In this document: piece by piece, positions 27,636 to 36,709 of the stretch
How the letters are laid out: each line of letters begins with the position of its first letter
How positions within the stretch are numbered: position 1 is the stretch's first letter
Origin: a virus
Lineage: Duplodnaviria; Heunggongvirae; Uroviricota; Caudoviricetes
Length of the DNA stretch: 64,000 nucleotides
Reading direction: 5' to 3' (one strand)
IMG/VR virus record: IMGVR_UViG_3300017971_007904
Notes under the pieces: generated by a model
The model's input: only the letters and a program-made list of their open reading frames with translations
The model's database searches: none
Told to the model about the DNA's origin: nothing
Position numbers and translations under genes: made by a program

Positions 27636-27985
27636 GGGGGCGACAGGTATCGATTGGCTATGTCGATAACGGGTTGCCTGCCGTGGTTGGTCAGCAGGCC
27701 ACGTAAAAAGCCGACCACTAAACTTTAAGTGCCGAACCGGTACGAATGGCTGCTTAAGAGTAGCCCAGGCCAAGGAAGCCCGCCAGCGGCGTCCGGAAGC
27801 CTGCCGAAAATGTTGGCTGGATTCAGGTCATTGTCGACTACGCCTGGGTTGAGATCAGTTGTCATGACTAGCCGTTAGAACTTTGTTCGCCGAGGTCGAA
27901 TCGGTAAAACCAAAAGACGAACTATTGCAGGTAGACGCCTTTTTGAGACTAGTGCAACACAGCGGTTCGAGTCCGCTCGCCTCCA
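27636..27985 (+). ncRNA. ssrA: tmRNA (ssrA)
   Basis: 5' GGGGGCG pairs with 3' CGCCUCC as a 7-bp acceptor stem carrying the G3:U70 alanine identity pair; T-arm AGCGG-UUCGAGU-CCGCU; internal GGUUGG...CGUAAAAAGCCG closely matches E. coli tmRNA upstream of the tag ORF; candidate tag reading frame GCC GAA CCG GUA CGA AUG GCU GCU UAA (AEPVRMAA) at 27730-27756; discriminator A; CCA not fully encoded. Confidence 0.8.
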
Positions 27986-27994
27986 CTTTCTACA

Positions 27995-28040
27995 CCACCA
28001 CCCTTCCAGCCTAGTGGCTGGAAGGGTGGTGGCCCCTTTC
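27995..28040 (+). terminator. Rho-independent terminator after the tmRNA
   Basis: CCACCACCCTTCCAGCC / GGCTGGAAGGGTGGTGG 17-bp stem, 4-nt loop, then CCCCTTTCT. Confidence 0.7.
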
Positions 28041-28053
28041 TGAGGACGAACCG

Positions 28054-28260
28054 ATGAAAAGTCTTCCCTACCTTATCATGTTGTTCGTTATTTTTCCACT
28101 TGGCATCTGGCATCATTTTTGCAATAAAGTGGTGGTAACAGGCCCGGCAACTCCCCACGAGTTCATGATTGCGAATTACAGCCAACACCCCGTCTTCACA
28201 GGGGTCTTTTTCGGAGTCTTTGTACTAATACTCGTCTTGATGGCGATTACTTGGAAGTAA
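28054..28260 (+). CDS. small hydrophobic membrane protein
   Basis: 68 aa with two predicted TM helices. Confidence 0.4.
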   Translation: MKSLPYLIMLFVIFPLGIWHHFCNKVVVTGPATPHEFMIANYSQHPVFTGVFFGVFVLILVLMAITWK

Positions 28261-28283
28261 CCCTTTTATCAGGAGGTATCACG

Positions 28284-28418
28284 ATGAAACGGCTTTCAAT
28301 GTTAATCTATGATGTTTATCCGTGTGAAGGTTATCTTGCCGCCGACCCTCCTGACAACCCAGAGATTTCGGCACCGGACTCCATCGACTTATCAGAAGTT
28401 GGAACGGAACGAGAATGA
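28284..28418 (+). CDS. 44-aa upstream ORF translationally coupled to the GluRS-like gene (possible leader peptide)
   Basis: Strong SD AGGAGGT 6 nt upstream; its stop TGA overlaps the ATG of the next gene (gaATGa); its first 15 nt ATGAAACGGCTTTCA nearly duplicate the start of the next gene (ATGAAAACGGCTTTCA). Confidence 0.4.
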   Translation: MKRLSMLIYDVYPCEGYLAADPPDNPEISAPDSIDLSEVGTERE

Positions 28419-29743
28419 AAACGGCTTTCATTTACCACGCCTCCTGGGTGCCCGGATTGCATCTTGGAGCAGCCCGACTTGCGCTGTTGAACTACCTTTA
28501 TGCCAAAAAGCATGGTGGTTCGTGTGTTCTTATCTGTAATGATATCGCATCGCCGCCCAAGCCGTTCCACGACAGCCTCCCAATGTTGTTGGAGTGGCTG
28601 AACATCCGCTGGGGGGAAGGCCCATACCACAACGTCCACTTCAGGGGGAAGTATCGTGAGGTGGTAGAGCGTCTGCTCAGTTGCAACTTGGCCTATTACG
28701 ATTACGCCACACCGGAGGAGATTCACAGCGAGCAGCAAGCTGCTCGTAAGTCGAAGGAGCCATTCCTTTACAGTCGCTTGTATGAAGGTCACACGCCCAC
28801 TGACTGCCGGAACTGGGAGGCAGAAGGCCGGAAAGCTGTTATTAGGCTTCGGATGCCTCGGACGGATGATGAGACCTACCGTTACGAAGAGGCGATTATG
28901 GATGATATGATCTACGACCGCAAGATTACCGATCTGGCGACGGAAAATGACTACGTCATTCAGCGAACTGACGGCAGTTACACAACATATCTCACGCAAG
29001 CGGTTGATTACGATCTCCACAACATCGATGTTGTGTTCAGGGACATCAATGATCGGGCTTCGTTAGCCGCCGAAACCTTCATTGCCAGATGGGCGGGCTT
29101 GAAGCAGCCTAAGTTTGGCCATATTCCTTACTTTGCTGGGCCTGTTGGCTCTCATCGGTTCTCACCCAAGCACGATAAGGATTATGCCCGCCACGTCGAG
29201 TTTTGCGAGATGCTCGATCTGGTCATGGAGATTGACGCCAAGATTCCAACTTACTCACAATGGGGCGTTTTTCATCCGTGTTATGTGCGATTTTACGAGA
29301 AGGTTGGATTCCTCCCAGAGGCGGTTTCTCACTACCTGTATCAGTCGCTCCTGAAAACGTCTGTAGAATGCGATTCTAGGCCCCTCACAGCCTCTCAGAT
29401 GGCCTCTAAGCTCGAATTGGACTCAGTAGACCCTGGTATAAAACAATTCGATACAGAGGCTCTGGAAGCCTGCCAGAGGGAGGCTATGAAAGGCTGCGGA
29501 TTAGGGCGTAAAGCTAAGCTCATTCACTCATTGGCTCGCTCGATCCGCCCCTTCGATTACAAGCGTGATTTTGGAGGCGTGCAATCAGAAGCGGTTCAAG
29601 CCTTTAAGGATTTTGCTGAAAGCCAGGACCTCTTCTTGATAGGAGAGGCGGCTCTTCGCCCAAATGATCTTCCATGCGGCTTTGCACCTGAGCCTACGCT
29701 TGAAGAGGACGCTTTTACCAACGAAGGCTGTCCACACAGTTGA
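28415..29743 (+). CDS. class-I aminoacyl-tRNA synthetase catalytic-domain protein, glutamyl-tRNA synthetase / GluQ-RS-like
   Basis: N-terminal WVPGLHLGAARLALLNYLYAKKHGGSCVLICNDI resembles the GluRS HIGH region (PSPTGxLHxGxARTALxNWLxAR..GGxFxLRIEDTD); 442 aa, no recognisable anticodon-binding domain. Confidence 0.65.
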   Translation: MKTAFIYHASWVPGLHLGAARLALLNYLYAKKHGGSCVLICNDIASPPKPFHDSLPMLLEWLNIRWGEGPYHNVHFRGKYREVVERLLSCNLAYYDYATPEEIHSEQQAARKSKEPFLYSRLYEGHTPTDCRNWEAEGRKAVIRLRMPRTDDETYRYEEAIMDDMIYDRKITDLATENDYVIQRTDGSYTTYLTQAVDYDLHNIDVVFRDINDRASLAAETFIARWAGLKQPKFGHIPYFAGPVGSHRFSPKHDKDYARHVEFCEMLDLVMEIDAKIPTYSQWGVFHPCYVRFYEKVGFLPEAVSHYLYQSLLKTSVECDSRPLTASQMASKLELDSVDPGIKQFDTEALEACQREAMKGCGLGRKAKLIHSLARSIRPFDYKRDFGGVQSEAVQAFKDFAESQDLFLIGEAALRPNDLPCGFAPEPTLEEDAFTNEGCPHS

Positions 29744-29780
29744 ATCTTGCTCGTGAATACGCTAAATAGGGCGAGCCACG

Positions 29781-30482
29781 ATGTCTGATAACATCCACAG
29801 ACCGAAAGATGTGAGAGCAGCCATCTTCGATTTGGATGGTGTGATCATTTCGTCGAAAGTGGCCGAGTACGAATCGTGGCGTAGGGTCTTCCGAGTCTTC
29901 AACTCTAACTTGACACTCCAACAGTGGGTCAAGATCATCGACAGTCCAGACGGTGTATTCGATCCCGCAACCGTCTTGAGGCAAAAATGCAAGATAGAGT
30001 TGCTTGCCAACGGCCAAATCGAGACCATGAGGACGAACCTGTATGAGTCGCTGCGCCGGGAGCTAGTAGCATTGCCGGGGATCGTGGGGCTCATCAAAGA
30101 ATGCACATCAATGGATTTGATGCTTGGTGTGGCCTCCAACGGAGACCACACCAAGGTAATGTACCACTTAGGTCGACTCAAGTTGCTTCGTTACTTCCAT
30201 GTGATCAAGTGTCGGGACGATGTTCGGAACAAGAAGCCCGCCCCGGATATCTATATGGCCACCGTGCGGGACTTGGGCGTGAATCCTGGGACCGTAGTTG
30301 TCTTTGAGGATTCCCCACCAGGGATCACTGCCGCCAAAGCGGCTGGCCTGTATTGCATTGGGTGCCCGAACAAGATCACGAAGTATCTCGACCTTTCTGA
30401 AGCGGACGAGATATGCAAGTCCTTCAAACGTTTCTCTATGCAAGAGTTCATTAACCCTGCCAACAAACTGACGAGGTTGTAG
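29781..30482 (+). CDS. HAD-superfamily hydrolase, beta-phosphoglucomutase/phosphatase-like
   Basis: Motif I AAIFDLDGVII; motif II GVASNG; motif III/IV KKPAPDIY...FEDSPPGITAAKAAG. Confidence 0.8.
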   Translation: MSDNIHRPKDVRAAIFDLDGVIISSKVAEYESWRRVFRVFNSNLTLQQWVKIIDSPDGVFDPATVLRQKCKIELLANGQIETMRTNLYESLRRELVALPGIVGLIKECTSMDLMLGVASNGDHTKVMYHLGRLKLLRYFHVIKCRDDVRNKKPAPDIYMATVRDLGVNPGTVVVFEDSPPGITAAKAAGLYCIGCPNKITKYLDLSEADEICKSFKRFSMQEFINPANKLTRL

Positions 30483-30507
30483 ATGAAACAGGAGGTTATC
30501 AAAAAGC

Positions 30508-31440
30508 TCATGGGGTGAGTAGACATCGGCGAATAGCTTCTTTTACCTTGACGGTAGGTTGAAAGCCCAGGTCTCTTTCGGCTTTTGATATGTCTGGAAC
30601 CCTAACCAACACATCGTCTTTGTATTCCTTCATCGTTTCAAACTTGAGTTCCTCTTTGCCTTGGTAGATCAACCTCGCTAGGTCTTTCATTGTGATGGGT
30701 TCTGGATTCCCGATGTTGTAGGTTTCATTGTTGGTTTTGTCTTCAAATGACCACTCACCAATGATGTTAGCAACATCCTCGATCCAGGTGAAACACCTTA
30801 TCTGGTTACCGTCACCAATGATGGGCAATGGGTTTCTACTTTCATTCGCTATCTTCTGAATGAAGTCGGCGAACACATGACTTAAACCCTGTTCTTTCCC
30901 GGCAATTTCATGTGGGCTTATTATGTTGAAAGGTCTCCAGATGACGTACCGGATGTCATATTGTTGAGCGAAAGCCCTACACATTCTTTCGCCGACCACT
31001 TTGGACAAGCCGTAGTCTGTGGAGGGTGTCGGTGACTCAAATGCATCTTCTTCTTTACTTGGCTGGTTATGGCACCTTTCGTAGACCATGGAAGAACTGA
31101 TGTATGCTATCTTCTTGACATGATGCTTCACCATAGCCCACAGAATGTTTTGGTGTAGAGCGACATCTTTCGATAGAATATCTGCTGCGTGCTTGTGGAA
31201 TCCGCCCACACCGTAGCACAGCGCCGCTGCCTGTACTACGCCGTCGACTCCCGTCATCACCTCATCCACGAACTTGCTATCGGTAAGATCGCCTCGATGA
31301 AAGGTATAGGTTCTAGTTCTATTGATTTCACCGTATCGAACAAAGTTATCCACCCCTAGAACTTCATGGCCGTTCTTCATCAAGACTGGGATCACGAATT
31401 GCATCAATGACCCTTCTGATCCCGTAACAAGTATCTTCAC
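30508..31440 (-). CDS. NAD-dependent epimerase/dehydratase (extended SDR) family protein
   Basis: N-terminal Rossmann VTGSEGSLMQFV; catalytic YGLSK (YxxxK); 310 aa. Confidence 0.75.
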   Translation of the reverse strand: MKILVTGSEGSLMQFVIPVLMKNGHEVLGVDNFVRYGEINRTRTYTFHRGDLTDSKFVDEVMTGVDGVVQAAALCYGVGGFHKHAADILSKDVALHQNILWAMVKHHVKKIAYISSSMVYERCHNQPSKEEDAFESPTPSTDYGLSKVVGERMCRAFAQQYDIRYVIWRPFNIISPHEIAGKEQGLSHVFADFIQKIANESRNPLPIIGDGNQIRCFTWIEDVANIIGEWSFEDKTNNETYNIGNPEPITMKDLARLIYQGKEELKFETMKEYKDDVLVRVPDISKAERDLGFQPTVKVKEAIRRCLLTP

Positions 31441-32234
31441 ATCTCCCTCATTCCGTCAAAAACAGTTGTCTCGAACTGTTCGTTATCGCTCAAGACAGCT
31501 TGAAAGAGTCTTCCCTTTGTCTGTAGTTCGTTTGCCAGTTGACTGATGGTATGAGTATCTTTCGGTAGACACACGCCGCCGAAACCCTTGAAGTTATCGT
31601 TGCAGTCTAAGTAACTATCTGTAATATGGCTTCTATTCACAGCGGCGTTTTTAACCGTAGTGTAATCAACATTCATCTTCTCGCATATTTCGTAGAAGTT
31701 GTTTGCGAATGTCACTAGGGTGGCGTTGTAGACATTGATGAAGTATTTCACCAATTCGGCCTCTGTGGGAAGAAGTCGGACTGTTTTCTTCGGATACTTC
31801 CCATGAGCGGATTTAATGATCTCAAAGACACAGGAAGTCTTTGTTCCGATTACGCATAGGTCATGATTCTCCATAAAGTCAGATATAGCACATCGCTCTC
31901 TTAGGAACTCGGGAACATAGCATAGAATCCTACTTGGGTATTCGTGCTGTAGCCTTTCAGTAAAGCCCGGTTCTACAGTTGATTTGATTGCTATTATCCC
32001 AGCGTAGTCGATTGCGTCTAATTCGTTTATTACACTTTCGACAATGCTAACATCGCACTTGCCAGTGCCCAGTGAGGGTGTGGGTACGCAAATGAATGCG
32101 ATTTCCGTATTTTCCAGGTCTCGAATTGAGGTCTCGCATTTCGTATCGTGAACGAAGACTCTGTGCCCTATCTTCTCAAAGCCTTCCTTTATGGCTGAGC
32201 CTACAACACCTAAACCGATTATTCCTATCTTCAT
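31437..32234 (-). CDS. UDP-glucose/GDP-mannose dehydrogenase-family protein, short form
   Basis: Start taken at MKIGIIGLGVVGSA (GxGxxG); IKSTVEPGFTERL and YVPEFLRERCAISDF...DLCVIG match the UDPGDH N-terminal and central domains; no C-terminal UDP-binding domain (265 aa). Confidence 0.65.
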   Translation of the reverse strand: MKIGIIGLGVVGSAIKEGFEKIGHRVFVHDTKCETSIRDLENTEIAFICVPTPSLGTGKCDVSIVESVINELDAIDYAGIIAIKSTVEPGFTERLQHEYPSRILCYVPEFLRERCAISDFMENHDLCVIGTKTSCVFEIIKSAHGKYPKKTVRLLPTEAELVKYFINVYNATLVTFANNFYEICEKMNVDYTTVKNAAVNRSHITDSYLDCNDNFKGFGGVCLPKDTHTISQLANELQTKGRLFQAVLSDNEQFETTVFDGMREM

Positions 32235-32299
32235 GCCATAAGAGAGGGTTTGTTGAGAAAATGCTAAGGTTTTTGGCCCGATAAGCCGATACATGAAGT

Positions 32300-34936
32300 A
32301 TGACGAAGAAGGAACTGCTGAAGAAGTTATGCCTTGGGCGAATGAAGAAACTAGGCATACTTGATGCTGCGCACCTTGCTCGTCTCAAGAATGAACTTAT
32401 CGAGATCGAAGTTCAGGACCAATACGAGTATTTTCTAGGCCATTGTAAGAGTGGAACCCGCTGGGAACACAACGACCACAATCTGTTGGTTCCTTATCTC
32501 CTCAATCTATGTCCCGAGTTTGATATCACGAAGGAAACCGCCTTTACGATGGGTGAGTTTCCGGACATCGATGTGGACTATCTGGCTGTCGTGCGTGAGT
32601 ATCTGATGAACGAGTGGGCTCCAAAAAAGTTCGGAGCCGACAAGGTTTGCCATATTGGCACCTATTCCACGTACAACCTCAAACAGTCGCTAATCGACAT
32701 GGCTCGCATCTTTGGCGAGAGTAGAACTGAAGTGATGAATGTCACGACCCAGTTTGGTGCGAAGGATGACGAGGGTGATGCTTTGACCTGGGAAAAAGCC
32801 CTAACCATCTATCCGTCCTTTCGAGAGTACGTCAAGAACCACCCCGACGTGGCGGATGCCGCAAAGAAGATTTGTGGTCGGAATCGCAATATGGGCCAGC
32901 ATGCTGGTGGTTTCATTGTGTCTCGAACGCCCCTGACTGGTTTTGTACCATTGGTCCGAAACAAGAAGGATAACCAGCTTATGACGGCGTGGCCCGAGGG
33001 GCAGTCGGCGCAGGAGCTACAGGCGGTGGGCTTGGTAAAGCTGGACTTACTTTCGAGCAAGATGTCGACCCAGATCAAGGACTGTATTGGTTTGATTCGC
33101 CAGCGTCACGGCGAGGTGAAGATTTCGGCAAGAGAGGGGGGCTCGAATTGGTCGGATCATTCGTACTTGGACGATCCGAAGTGTATGGAAATGGCCAATA
33201 AGGGTGACTTACGATTCATCTTCCAATTTGATTCAGATGGTATCCGTCGTCTCGTTAGGACTGGTGGCGTCGATGGGTTTCAGGACTTAGAGGCATATTC
33301 GGCGTTATATCGTCCTGGGACCCTGAGCATGGGCATGCATGACGTGTACTGCAACCGGAAGAAAGGTAAGGAGGTATTCGACATACACCCTGTCTTGGAG
33401 CCGTATTTGCAAAAGACGTATGGTGTAGCAGTCTTCCAAGAGAGCGTGATGAAGGTTCTAAACAAGGCGGGCGGAATCCCGCTGCGGGATTGTATGGCGG
33501 TAATTAAGGCCATCAGCAAGAAGAAAATCGAGAAGTTTGCGAAGTACAAAGAGCTATTCATCCGGAACAGCCAGAGGATTCTGGGGATCAAGAAGGAGGC
33601 TGCCGGGCAGTTTTGGGAGCAGATTGAGGCGTTTGCTGGTTACGGGTTTAACAAGGCTCACTCTTGCGTCTATACGCATGTAAGCGCCCGACAGCTATAT
33701 CTGAAGTGTTACTATCCACTGGAGTACTATTGTAGTTATCTGAATCACATCAAAGGCGCAGACGCAAAGATGCGTGATTGTGTGCGGGATGCTGCTCGAC
33801 ACAATGTAACGGTTAACTCAATCGACATCAACAAGTCGGAAGAGCATTTTCAGATTGCGGATGACGATGAAATCTACTTCGGATTTGCCAACGTCAAGCA
33901 TGTGGGCGAGAAAGTGGCTACGAGGTTAGTAGAAGAGCGACGTAACGGCCCCTTTACGGACTTCCAGAACTTCCTAGATCGATTTGGGACGGATGCCAAG
34001 ATCATCCAGGCCCTTGTTTCTCTGGGGGCCTTTGAGGGTGATCCGGTTTGTCTCTACGAGTATTACGAGTACTACAAGGATTATCACACGAAGCAGACGC
34101 AGCGACGGAAGAGGTATGAGGTAGCACTTAAGAGGTACGAAGATCAATTCCATGAATTTGCCGGTCACAATTTCGCCTTTGGTACTGAGGAGCAGATTAC
34201 CTTCGCAATCGATAATATCGATGATGAGGAGGCTAAGGCAAAGCTTCGTCGCCTGCGTGGGAACTATCGCCGTACCTTGACGAACAATACAAACAACGAG
34301 CGGAACGATACAGGCCCTGTATCATTTGAAAATTTCGTTTCGCCAAAGAAATCTGCTATCAAAGAGGACCTTCGCAAGATTCTACAAGACAAGGCAGTAG
34401 CCGAAATTGAGTATTACGGTTTCACATGGTCCAGCCCGCTGGAAAGTTGCCCTAATCTCGAAGGGGACACGTTTGCGGAATACCGGTCTGCCCGTCTAGC
34501 TTTGGGCCCCGTGGAGGGAGCTATACAGGATGTGCGGGAGGTGAAGAGCCGAAAGGGTAATAAGTACTACGTTGTACAGCTTCTGGATGCTAACTGGGAA
34601 CTTGGGTTCGTCAATGTCTGGACGGCAGACATGGCTGAGTTTACCGATAAGTTGAAACCTGGGAATATTGTCCGCATGCGGCTTCAGGCTCCCAATCCTA
34701 AGTTTGCTTCTGAGCGGTACAGTCTGGAAAGCTACCCTCGGAAGCGACGGGGTATCACACGAGAACAGTCAAACGCTCGTGTTATGATACTACGTTCTCC
34801 GGATCAAGAGGTAAAGGTCGTGACCAATGAGCCCCCAATTACTCTTGATAAGGAAAGGGAAAAGAAATTGGAGGTAAAAGAGGATGTCGAAACAGCCGAA
34901 CTGTACCAAGACCTCGACAAACTCCTCGGCTTATGA
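32300..34936 (+). CDS. dnaE: DNA polymerase III alpha subunit (DnaE), C-terminal fragment (palm/fingers/thumb core)
   Basis: PDIDVDY, GQHAGGFIVSRTPL and FNKAHSCVYTHVSARQLYLKCYYPLEYY catalytic-core motifs; its N-terminal ~80 aa re-encode the helical region (ARLKNELIEIEVQDQYEYFL) also present at the end of the N-fragment. Confidence 0.88.
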   Translation: MTKKELLKKLCLGRMKKLGILDAAHLARLKNELIEIEVQDQYEYFLGHCKSGTRWEHNDHNLLVPYLLNLCPEFDITKETAFTMGEFPDIDVDYLAVVREYLMNEWAPKKFGADKVCHIGTYSTYNLKQSLIDMARIFGESRTEVMNVTTQFGAKDDEGDALTWEKALTIYPSFREYVKNHPDVADAAKKICGRNRNMGQHAGGFIVSRTPLTGFVPLVRNKKDNQLMTAWPEGQSAQELQAVGLVKLDLLSSKMSTQIKDCIGLIRQRHGEVKISAREGGSNWSDHSYLDDPKCMEMANKGDLRFIFQFDSDGIRRLVRTGGVDGFQDLEAYSALYRPGTLSMGMHDVYCNRKKGKEVFDIHPVLEPYLQKTYGVAVFQESVMKVLNKAGGIPLRDCMAVIKAISKKKIEKFAKYKELFIRNSQRILGIKKEAAGQFWEQIEAFAGYGFNKAHSCVYTHVSARQLYLKCYYPLEYYCSYLNHIKGADAKMRDCVRDAARHNVTVNSIDINKSEEHFQIADDDEIYFGFANVKHVGEKVATRLVEERRNGPFTDFQNFLDRFGTDAKIIQALVSLGAFEGDPVCLYEYYEYYKDYHTKQTQRRKRYEVALKRYEDQFHEFAGHNFAFGTEEQITFAIDNIDDEEAKAKLRRLRGNYRRTLTNNTNNERNDTGPVSFENFVSPKKSAIKEDLRKILQDKAVAEIEYYGFTWSSPLESCPNLEGDTFAEYRSARLALGPVEGAIQDVREVKSRKGNKYYVVQLLDANWELGFVNVWTADMAEFTDKLKPGNIVRMRLQAPNPKFASERYSLESYPRKRRGITREQSNARVMILRSPDQEVKVVTNEPPITLDKEREKKLEVKEDVETAELYQDLDKLLGL

Positions 34937-35552
34937 AAAGCTATTCGGGGAGAATCAGGACATTTTAGAGGAAGTGGAGAGCCGAGGGCATTCAATCAAT
35001 GAGTTCAAAGGTTGGTTGATGCGCAATGACGACCCGGCTCCCGACAAGTTGACACTCACAGATGTTTGCCATTTCCTTGACTGGAAAGAGTCCTTGAAAA
35101 CTGTCGAGATTGATGAATCTAACTTTGAGCAATACTTCTTTGACATTAGAAAGAACGGGCCAAAGCCTGGGCAGGTGCTGGCATGTTATGAAGCAATGGC
35201 AGATTTCGTGGATGGGAATATGAAGCGGGATGTCATCCACATACTCATGCACAGTGACAAAGGTGGCGAAGCGGGCCCGAGGTTACTTCGGAAGCTTGCC
35301 GGTGCCACAGAATCGTCTGCCTTTCGTGTTATTCGGGAGATGGTGAAGGACTTACTTTCCGGTATGAGTTCTGAAGAGGTAGCGAAGAAAGCGTATGAAA
35401 TGCGGTGCCAACACTTCTATTACACGCAAAAGGAGTGCCTTCCAGAGGATGATCCCCACTGGTGGAGCACCTGTTTGATTGATGTTAACCACCCATCACA
35501 GGAAGAAATCAACCGTGTAATGTCTGAACTTTCGCAAGAATCGCAAAATTAG
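34884..35552 (+). CDS. hypothetical protein
   Basis: 222 aa; GGAGG SD; overlaps the dnaE-C end by 53 nt. Confidence 0.5.
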   Translation: MSKQPNCTKTSTNSSAYEKLFGENQDILEEVESRGHSINEFKGWLMRNDDPAPDKLTLTDVCHFLDWKESLKTVEIDESNFEQYFFDIRKNGPKPGQVLACYEAMADFVDGNMKRDVIHILMHSDKGGEAGPRLLRKLAGATESSAFRVIREMVKDLLSGMSSEEVAKKAYEMRCQHFYYTQKECLPEDDPHWWSTCLIDVNHPSQEEINRVMSELSQESQN

Positions 35553-35602
35553 TAGTTCCTTGCTAAATACTACTGTGGTCATATACACAAAGGTCGATTG
35601 CT

Positions 35603-36157
35603 ATGGAACACGAAAATATACGAGACGAGTTGGAATACTACCAGGGCTTGTGGGACAATGCCCAAGACAAGATGCAAGTAGAACCAATCCACCCCCACCC
35701 CCAATCTGAAGAGGCTCCCAAGAGAATTGACGCCAATGAGCTTTTGAATGAGCGACGGGCGGCGGCTGACCGTGAACTGGATTGGCGGGATATGTTACTG
35801 GTGTCTGAGAACATCGATAAGATATTCAACCCCGAACGGATTGACGAAGCCGAAAGGAGTAAGTCAGCAGTAGCCGATGTCGCCAAACGAGCGGCCAGTG
35901 CCCCCAACCCAGTTGAGAAGTGGACTTTAGGGAAAGATCAGGCTTTGCGGGTTACTCCGAATTTCAACGATAGTGAAGCTCTTCGAGAATTGGCCGATCT
36001 GAAAATTCGTTTTGAGGCTCTGGAGCGGGAAATACATGCCTCTAATGTGCATGGTGAAGAAAAACAAGAAAATAAACTAAACAAACAGCTTGATTCTCTC
36101 CGATCTAAACTAGAGGAGCTTAACGATCAGTTAACTCCACACATGTACGACCTTTGA
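35603..36157 (+). CDS. hypothetical coiled-coil protein
   Basis: 184 aa, charged/helical. Confidence 0.5.
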   Translation: MEHENIRDELEYYQGLWDNAQDKMQVEPIHPHPQSEEAPKRIDANELLNERRAAADRELDWRDMLLVSENIDKIFNPERIDEAERSKSAVADVAKRAASAPNPVEKWTLGKDQALRVTPNFNDSEALRELADLKIRFEALEREIHASNVHGEEKQENKLNKQLDSLRSKLEELNDQLTPHMYDL

Positions 36158-36177
36158 TCTAGTTTCGGAGAAAGACA

Positions 36178-36708
36178 ATGCCAATTCGTCACGTAAAGGC
36201 TCCAGCCGCTATTATGGAGCGCATGGCCGCTGTCCAGGCCAAGAACCACCCGCACCTCGATGATGCACTCATCTGTATCGAGTTCGTCGACTCGAAGCCC
36301 TACCTGAAGGACAGGCTCAACCTCGGTAAGGTTGCTAAATTCTCAGCAGCCTTGAAGCTCTGGCTACACAACAGCTACGATTTTCGCCTGAGTATCTGTA
36401 GCGATGTGTGGTACGATCTACTGGATGATGACCAGCGAGAGGCGTATCTCGACCTCCTACTCACCCGGTGCCAGATCGAATACGAACCGAACACCGTGGT
36501 GGTGAATGGTAAGAGGCAGGTTGTGAAGGATGAGTGGGGTCGGATCGAATACACCGACGAACCCAAGTATGATGATGAGGGCCATCCGGTATGGAAAGTG
36601 TCGCCCTTGGACATCGCCGTCATCTCACAGAACATCAAACGGTATGGCTTGTGGTTTGATGATTTGGTAGAATTGAAACAAGCCATTGAATCCCATGAGA
36701 AGGAATGA
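36178..36708 (+). CDS. hypothetical protein
   Basis: 176 aa with SD. Confidence 0.5.
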   Translation: MPIRHVKAPAAIMERMAAVQAKNHPHLDDALICIEFVDSKPYLKDRLNLGKVAKFSAALKLWLHNSYDFRLSICSDVWYDLLDDDQREAYLDLLLTRCQIEYEPNTVVVNGKRQVVKDEWGRIEYTDEPKYDDEGHPVWKVSPLDIAVISQNIKRYGLWFDDLVELKQAIESHEKE

Positions 36709-36709
36709 G

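Noticed and set aside
27583-28053. Search for tRNA genes around the tmRNA
   Set aside because: The only tRNA-like T-arm/acceptor belongs to the tmRNA itself. No cloverleaf with matching 5' acceptor strand within ~90 nt was found.
27949-28188. 79-aa minus-strand ORF
   Set aside because: It overlaps the tmRNA 3' end and terminator hairpin and has no SD.
28309-28539. 76-aa plus-strand ORF
   Set aside because: It is out of frame with, and overlaps, both the uORF and the GluRS-like gene.
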